Below, in pieces: positions 57,375 to 64,000 of a stretch of 64,000 nt of DNA. Numbering within the stretch: position 1 is the first letter of the stretch; each line of letters starts with the position of its first letter. The position numbers and the translations under genes are program-made. The stretch is from positions 16,046-80,045 of the forward strand of contig JAGXBC010000002.1 of NCBI GenBank assembly GCA_018971305.1, written 5' to 3'. This DNA comes from Patescibacteria group bacterium (GTDB lineage: Bacteria; Patescibacteriota; Minisyncoccia; UBA6257; 2-01-FULL-56-20). Under the pieces are notes generated by a model. That model was not told the DNA's origin and did no database searches. It worked only from the letters and a program-made list of their open reading frames with translations.

Positions 57375-57415
57375 CCCCCGCTTCGAATCATATCGGAGCG
57401 GGGGTTGTGTTTTCC
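57375..57415 (+). terminator. Rho-independent terminator (CCCCCGCT-loop-AGCGGGGG + TTGTGTTTTCC)
   Basis: 8-bp perfect GC-rich stem at 57375–57404 followed by a T-rich tract. Confidence 0.6.
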
Positions 57416-57514
57416 GGGCGTAATCGGGCTTTTTACTCTTTGAGCGTAGCCATTGCTCACCCAATTAAATCAAAAAGAGCTGAACCCCTTGACACGTATG
57501 GTAGAATAATAAAT

Positions 57515-57715
57515 ATGATATCCAATTGGGCGCGGCTCGCAATCGGTTTTTGGATCTTAATTTCACCGTGGCTTCTCGGGTTTTCCAGTATTACTATAAT
57601 GAAATGGAGCAATCTTATCGCGGGCCTCATAATAATTATTCTGAATGTCTGGCAAATTTTTGGAGAAAAAAGGTCGTCTGTTGCCGACAATAATCTTAAA
57701 AATATCAAACCTTAA
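57515..57715 (+). CDS. Small membrane protein with an SPW-repeat-like motif
   Basis: MISNWARLAIGFWILISPWLLGF...; two hydrophobic helices containing SPW. The six-frame ORF start (57407) lies inside the upstream terminator, so an internal Met is used. Confidence 0.35.
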   Translation: MISNWARLAIGFWILISPWLLGFSSITIMKWSNLIAGLIIIILNVWQIFGEKRSSVADNNLKNIKP

Positions 57716-57718
57716 TCC

Positions 57719-57955
57719 ATGCAAAGTGTAAAAATTTATTCAACGCCGACCTGCGTTTATTGCAGGATGGCTAAAGAATTTTTCAAAAAAAATAACGTCG
57801 CTTACGAGGACTATAATGTTGCCGAGGATTTGAAGGCGCGAGAGGAGATGATGAACAAATCCCATCAGCTCGGCGTGCCAGTTATAGATGTGAACGGAGA
57901 AATCGTCGTCGGTTTTGATCGGGATCACTTAGCGAAACTTTTGGGTGTAAAATAG
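57719..57955 (+). CDS. Glutaredoxin/NrdH-like small redoxin
   Basis: 78 aa; VKIYSTPTCVYCRMAKEFF CxxC motif in a thioredoxin fold. Confidence 0.75.
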   Translation: MQSVKIYSTPTCVYCRMAKEFFKKNNVAYEDYNVAEDLKAREEMMNKSHQLGVPVIDVNGEIVVGFDRDHLAKLLGVK

Positions 57956-57957
57956 CA

Positions 57958-58899
57958 GTGATTATGTACGACTTGATAATCGTGGGTGGTGGCCCTGGCG
58001 GAGTTGCCGCCGGAATTTATGCCGCTCGCAAACAAATAAAGACGCTTTTAATAACCGACAGTTTTGGCGGGCAATCTTTGGTTTCCGCGGATGTCAGCAA
58101 CTGGATAGGAACTAAGTCCATCTCCGGCTACGATTTGGCAAAAAATTTGGAAGAGCATTTGCGGGCGCAGAGCGGCACAATAGAAATAATTGATAATGAC
58201 CTCGTTGAATCCGTAAAGAAAATAGGAGATGGATTCTCCGTTTCTACTAAGAAGGGGCAAACTTATGCAACGAGATTCTTGCTTATTGCTTCCGGCAGTA
58301 GGCGCAAAAAGATCGGCGTTCCCGGAGAGAAGGAATTTGAAGGCAAGGGAGTTTATTATTGTTCTATTTGCGACGCCCCACTTTTTGGCGGGAAAACGGT
58401 GGCCGTCATCGGCGGAGGCAATGCCGGCTTGGAGGCCGTTATTGACCTTTTGCCTTATGCCTCAAAAATTTATGTAATAGTTCGTTCCGACGCGCTGAAG
58501 GGCGACCCGGTAACCCAGGAAAAAATAAAAGTCCATCCGAACGTGGAAATTATTTATAATGCTCTGACGCAGGAAATTTTAGGCAATCCTCCAGCTGGCG
58601 GATTAGTTACATCTCTTAAATATTTGGACACAACGAGCAATCAAAATAAAGACCTTAAACTGGATGGAGTGTTCGTTGAGGTTGGTGCGGTTCCCAATTC
58701 CGATTTTGTGAAAGACATTGTCAAATTGAACGAGCGCGGAGAAATTATTGCCGATCCGCGCACGCAAGTTACTTCCGACCCAGGCATTTGGGCGATAGGA
58801 GATGCAACGGACGTTTTATATAAACAGAACAATATTTCCGCTGGTGATGCCATTAAGGCGCTTCTCAACATCTACGAGCAATTGAATAAGCGGAAGTAG
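57958..58899 (+). CDS. trxB: Thioredoxin-disulfide reductase
   Basis: 313 aa; FAD motif DLIIVGGGPGGVAAGIYAAR, redox-active CSIC, NADPH motif VAVIGGGNAGLEA. Confidence 0.85.
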   Translation: MIMYDLIIVGGGPGGVAAGIYAARKQIKTLLITDSFGGQSLVSADVSNWIGTKSISGYDLAKNLEEHLRAQSGTIEIIDNDLVESVKKIGDGFSVSTKKGQTYATRFLLIASGSRRKKIGVPGEKEFEGKGVYYCSICDAPLFGGKTVAVIGGGNAGLEAVIDLLPYASKIYVIVRSDALKGDPVTQEKIKVHPNVEIIYNALTQEILGNPPAGGLVTSLKYLDTTSNQNKDLKLDGVFVEVGAVPNSDFVKDIVKLNERGEIIADPRTQVTSDPGIWAIGDATDVLYKQNNISAGDAIKALLNIYEQLNKRK

Positions 58900-58926
58900 T
58901 ATTGGATTAAAAATAAGCCCGGGCTT

Positions 58927-58963
58927 AGGGCTGGGGTAAAAAAATGCGGAGCGCCCTTGCTTT
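58927..58963 (-). terminator. Rho-independent terminator for the small minus-strand membrane protein gene (GCGGAGCGC-loop-GCGCTCCGC + T-run on the minus strand)
   Basis: 9-bp perfect stem at 58936–58963; the A-run at 58928–58934 becomes a T-run on the minus strand. Confidence 0.55.
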
Positions 58964-58980
58964 TGCGCTCCGCCGGAGTC

Positions 58981-59184
58981 CTATTGCCTTAGATATAGAT
59001 TCGTTAAAATAAATATTCCAACAAAAGCAGATACGAATACCAAGAATAGAGCCAGAATAGGCGATATCAGAACGTGTTGATTGCACCAGGAGGAAAACGA
59101 CCCCGGTTTCAGCATGAACACCCATAGTGTCATAGCTTGAATTATAAGGAATATTCCCAGAACTACCCTCTTTGTTTTTCTCAT
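58981..59184 (-). CDS. Small hydrophobic membrane protein (67 aa)
   Basis: Two predicted TM helices; a terminator lies immediately downstream. Preferred over the overlapping 122-aa ORF in another frame. Confidence 0.35.
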   Translation of the reverse strand: MRKTKRVVLGIFLIIQAMTLWVFMLKPGSFSSWCNQHVLISPILALFLVFVSAFVGIFILTNLYLRQ

Positions 59185-59286
59185 TGCGAATCACATCCCC
59201 CTTTTCAGTTTTCAGTCCCCGGATGTCTTGCTGAATTTCCGGAGAAACCGCTTTTATATTGCGGTATGTTAAGATTTTTGTCAATA

Positions 59287-59325
59287 TTGGCAATCGCTTG
59301 ACAAGATTGCCAATACGTCTATAAT
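59287..59325 (+). promoter_or_regulatory. groESL promoter (TTGACA-16 nt-TATAAT) overlapped by a CIRCE-like 9-N9-9 inverted repeat TTGGCAATC-N9-GATTGCCAA
   Basis: -35 at 59298–59303 and -10 at 59320–59325. Perfect 9-bp inverted repeat at 59287–59295 / 59305–59313, with the same geometry and about 6 of 9 identity per arm to canonical CIRCE (TTAGCACTC-N9-GAGTGCTAA); located 40–80 nt upstream of groES. Confidence 0.6.
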
Positions 59326-59366
59326 CAGAGATGATTAAAGGTCATAAAAAATAATAAAAATAAAAA

Positions 59367-61323
<1,957 letters not shown>

Positions 61324-61406
61324 ACATAGGAAGTTAGAAGATGGAATCTAAAGGACGGGCGCGGCAAGCGCCCGTCTTGATGTTTTTTGTTATACTGGAC
61401 TGAAAT

Positions 61407-63089
61407 ATGGCAGAAGCCAATCCAAGAGAATATGCCCCTGATTTTCCTGCCGAAGACTGGTCAGAAAAAGACCGCCTGCTTTTGTCTCCTTTCGCAACCA
61501 ACCCCGACGGATTTATTTCGGTTCTCAGAAATCTGCCAGCGGAAATAGTCGGCGCTCTTTGTTCGCGCGCGAGCCGTGCTTCCGGTTCGCTTCTGCGCGT
61601 GCTTCTCAAAGAATATTTTTATCCGATTCTTGACGGCGAAGATAAAAATTTGGGGAAAGAATTAGAAGAGACGGTTATTTTTCTGGGGCAACATGGATTC
61701 AAAAATATTTTGAATAATCAGCGCGCTCAACAGTTCTACGCCAAATGGCTCTCGCAATACGGTGATGATTCCATAGCTCAAATGACCGGCACGCATGTAG
61801 CCTTCTGGGGGATTTCGCAGGTGGCGATGAAGTTTGTTGAAGATCAAAGAGTTGGATTGGAGCCGATAGAAAAATCCAGCCGATATGTGAATTTTGGCGG
61901 CAAGGTGGGCGGCAAATACCTTTATTATGTTCCGAAGCCCGATTTAGCGAATCTTGGATTACTTCAGGAATATTGTGAGACATTGGATGATCTTTTCGAT
62001 ACTTATGTTGCTCTTCAGCCGTCTCTTCTTGCCTGGCTTAAAGAGAAGTACGAAGAAAAAGATTCTGTTCTAGAAAAGAAAGTTTTTGACACTTTACGCG
62101 GACTTTTGCCGATGGCCACACTCGGACAAGTCGCCTTCCGCGGCAATGCTCAGGCGTTGGAATATCTGGTGAACCGCACCTCAAGCCACGCTTTAGGAGA
62201 ATTGCGCTGGCTGGCGCGAGAGTTGAAGCAAGAGTTGGATAAGGAAATTCCCTCGCTTTTACTGCGCGTAAACGACCAAAAATCTATTGATTATCAAAAC
62301 TATCTTGCCGGCCGCAAACAGGCCGTGCGTCGATTACTTGGAGATACAGAGACGGATAACACAGAAACCACCGGCGCCTCCGGTGCGATCGTAAAATTGA
62401 TTGAATTTGATCCGGAAGCCGAAAAAAAGATAGCCGCGGGGATTATTTTTGAGGCGAGCCACACTGGTTGGGAAGAAGCGCTCGCGCTCGCTAAAAAAAT
62501 GTCCGAAGATGAGCTCAAACACTTGTTCGAAAAATATTTGTCCGGACGGACTGCGCGCTGGCAGAAAGTTGGGCGTGCTTTTGAAAATTCTTATCTGCGT
62601 TTTGAGATTTTAATGGATGCCGGCGCTTACCGCGATTTGCATCGCCACAGAATGATGACGCAGGAACGGCAGCCATTCTCAACACACCACGGCTATGATA
62701 TTCCCGAAGAAATAAAAAGCGCCGGGCTCGCGGAAAAATATTCTGCTGCCATGGAAAAAGCCGCGGGGCTTTTCGCAAAAATTGAGTCCGCCGATCCGGA
62801 GCTCGCGCAATATGTTGTTCCTATGGCTTACCGTGTTCGTTTCTATGAATGGCAGAATTTCCGCCAGATGTTTTGGGAAGCCGAGTTGCGTACGATTTCA
62901 CAGGGTCATCCGAATTATCGACACGTGGAGCAGGAAAAGTACCGCTTGGTAAAAGAAAAATTTCCGCTGCTCGGTGAATTGATGCTAGTTGATATGAACG
63001 AATATGATTTCGCCCGCAGGGGAGTTGAAAAACAGATTGAAGCGAAAGAAGAGAGGATTCTTGATGGGTTGAAGAAAAAAGCACCCTGA
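61407..63089 (+). CDS. thyX: ThyX-like flavin-dependent thymidylate synthase family protein with tandem Thy1-like halves (560 aa)
   Basis: C-terminal half carries LHRHRMMTQERQ (RHR motif) and VVPMAYRVRFYEWQNFRQMFWEAELR (the ThyX P-x-a-x-Y...R-x-L pattern). The N-terminal half has a degenerate Thy1-like segment (THVAFWGISQVAMKFVEDQRVGLEPIEKSSRYV) lacking RHR. Confidence 0.5.
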   Translation: MAEANPREYAPDFPAEDWSEKDRLLLSPFATNPDGFISVLRNLPAEIVGALCSRASRASGSLLRVLLKEYFYPILDGEDKNLGKELEETVIFLGQHGFKNILNNQRAQQFYAKWLSQYGDDSIAQMTGTHVAFWGISQVAMKFVEDQRVGLEPIEKSSRYVNFGGKVGGKYLYYVPKPDLANLGLLQEYCETLDDLFDTYVALQPSLLAWLKEKYEEKDSVLEKKVFDTLRGLLPMATLGQVAFRGNAQALEYLVNRTSSHALGELRWLARELKQELDKEIPSLLLRVNDQKSIDYQNYLAGRKQAVRRLLGDTETDNTETTGASGAIVKLIEFDPEAEKKIAAGIIFEASHTGWEEALALAKKMSEDELKHLFEKYLSGRTARWQKVGRAFENSYLRFEILMDAGAYRDLHRHRMMTQERQPFSTHHGYDIPEEIKSAGLAEKYSAAMEKAAGLFAKIESADPELAQYVVPMAYRVRFYEWQNFRQMFWEAELRTISQGHPNYRHVEQEKYRLVKEKFPLLGELMLVDMNEYDFARRGVEKQIEAKEERILDGLKKKAP

Positions 63090-63157
63090 AATTATAGTAT
63101 CCGCAACACAGCCGCCGGCCATTTTTATTTCTTGTCCTCATCTGTTATTATATTGTT

Positions 63158-63703
63158 ATGATTTGGATCATATTAATTTTGTTTGTGGTCGTTGTGTGGC
63201 TAGTGCTCGCGTATAATAGTTTGATTCGCTTGAGGAATCAGGCTCAGGAAGCGTGGTCGGATATTGATGTGCAATTAAAGCGCCGCTATGATTTGATACC
63301 TAATTTGTTTGAAACCGTGAAGGGCTATATGATGCACGAAAAAGATGTTTTTGAAAAAGTGACCGAGGCGAGAACGCGGGCGATGTCCGCGCCGATGGGG
63401 CAGGAGAAGGCCCAGGCCGAGAATATGTTGAGCGGTGCCCTTAAATCTCTTTTCGCTGTTGCCGAGAATTATCCGCAATTGAAAGCTAACGAGAACTTCT
63501 CCAAGCTCCAAGACGAATTGACGGATACCGAAGACAAGATACAGGCCGCCCGCCGCTTTTACAATGGCGGAGTGCGCGACTTGAATATTGCTATACAGGT
63601 TTTTCCGAAGAACATTATCGCCAACTCCTTTGGGTTTAAGCCGATGGAATTTTTTGGAGATTTGAGTGACACCGAAAGGCAGCCGGTGAAGGTGAATTTT
63701 TAG
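63158..63703 (+). CDS. lemA: LemA-family membrane protein
   Basis: 181 aa; N-terminal TM helix then LVLAYNSLIRLRNQAQEAWSDIDVQLKRRYDLIPNL..., a canonical LemA. Confidence 0.85.
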   Translation: MIWIILILFVVVVWLVLAYNSLIRLRNQAQEAWSDIDVQLKRRYDLIPNLFETVKGYMMHEKDVFEKVTEARTRAMSAPMGQEKAQAENMLSGALKSLFAVAENYPQLKANENFSKLQDELTDTEDKIQAARRFYNGGVRDLNIAIQVFPKNIIANSFGFKPMEFFGDLSDTERQPVKVNF

Positions 63704-63774
63704 AAGTATAAGGTAAGATTTTAGAGGTTTTATTGGTATCAAATCTTAGTATCTAAGCTACAGATTCTATTTTT

Positions 63775-64000
63775 ATGGCAAACTTATACGCATACCAAGA
63801 ATCCAATATTCATCGTACCTGGCTCTTATTTGGAGTTTTCTTCGTGGTGGTCATGGGATTAGGCTGGGTATTTTCCCAAGCTTACGGCGATTCGAGTTTC
63901 ATTCTATTCGCCCTCATATTCAGCGTCGTTTATTCGCTTATCAGCTATTATTCTTCGGCGAGCATTGCCTTGTCTCTTGCACGGGCAAAGCAAATTGAAA
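63775..64000 (+). CDS. M48-family zinc metalloprotease (HtpX-like), N-terminal part; 3' end lies outside the window
   Basis: MANLYAYQESNIHRTWLLFGVFFVVV...SLARAKQIE: an N-terminal TM pair followed by the start of the HtpX-like domain. Its position after lemA is a common arrangement. Runs off the window end. Confidence 0.5.
   Translation, partial: MANLYAYQESNIHRTWLLFGVFFVVVMGLGWVFSQAYGDSSFILFALIFSVVYSLISYYSSASIALSLARAKQIE

Noticed and set aside
57407-57514. Track start of the 102-aa ORF lying inside the rho-independent terminator at 57375..57415
   Set aside because: A start codon embedded in a terminator hairpin is implausible; the downstream Met at 57515 gives a compact two-helix membrane peptide.
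58925-59293. 122-aa minus-strand ORF overlapping the 67-aa small membrane protein ORF in another frame
   Set aside because: No recognisable features, and it overlaps both the terminator and the groES promoter/CIRCE-like region; the 67-aa hydrophobic ORF with a downstream terminator is the more plausible gene.

Overview
This window is mostly a large, gene-dense glycan/cell-envelope polysaccharide biosynthesis super-locus (about 1–53,600), followed by a redox/housekeeping stretch (DsbA-like, glutaredoxin-like, trxB, groES-groEL, ThyX-like, LemA, partial HtpX-like). Overall composition is moderately AT-rich and Shine-Dalgarno signals are weak. The identity of the organism cannot be established from sequence alone. 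All functional calls below rest on motif-level recognition in the translated ORFs, not on database searches.

The glycan locus encodes:
- **Initiation, export, ligation:** an initiating undecaprenyl-phosphate sugar phosphotransferase, a Wzx-type flippase and a WaaL/Wzy-family ligase-polymerase.
- **Glycosyltransferases:** at least eleven (GT2, GT4, a GT9 heptosyltransferase, two CgeB-like, one GT-C membrane glycosyltransferase, and one polyprenol-phosphate GT2).
- **Heptose activation, three routes:** split ADP-heptose genes (hldA-like kinase, hldC-like adenylyltransferase, gmhA, hldD-like); a GDP-D,D-heptose operon (hddA-gmhA-gmhB-hddC); and a nucleotidyltransferase–GmhB fusion next to a Gmd-type 4,6-dehydratase.
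- **Deoxy/amino/branched sugar tailoring:** rmlB and two RmlC-like cupins, an E1/ColD-type PMP 3-dehydrase carrying the Lys→His replacement, a DegT aminotransferase with an FdtA-like ketoisomerase, a zinc-ribbon C-methyltransferase, two FkbM methyltransferases, and several SDR epimerases/reductases.
- **An orphan ADH–E1alpha–E1beta module:** a translationally coupled Zn-alcohol dehydrogenase plus a TPP-dependent 2-oxoacid dehydrogenase E1 alpha/beta pair, with no E2/E3 partners in the window.

The findings judged most worth following up are:
- The inferred deoxyheptose / 3,6-dideoxy-sugar pathways.
- The orphan E1 alpha/beta–ADH module, as a candidate route to a C2-branched sugar.
- A 970-aa secreted lectin (LamG)–LCAT-like lipase–Ig-repeat protein.
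- A GalT/HIT-like gene immediately upstream of an IMPase-family gene, resembling the plant VTC2/VTC4 GDP-sugar phosphorylase + sugar-1-P phosphatase logic.
- A CIRCE-like but sequence-divergent 9-N9-9 inverted repeat on the groESL promoter.
- A tandem-Thy1 ThyX-like protein.
- A GC-rich EEP-family gene island.
- A divergent pair of small ORFs that share a C-terminal decapeptide.
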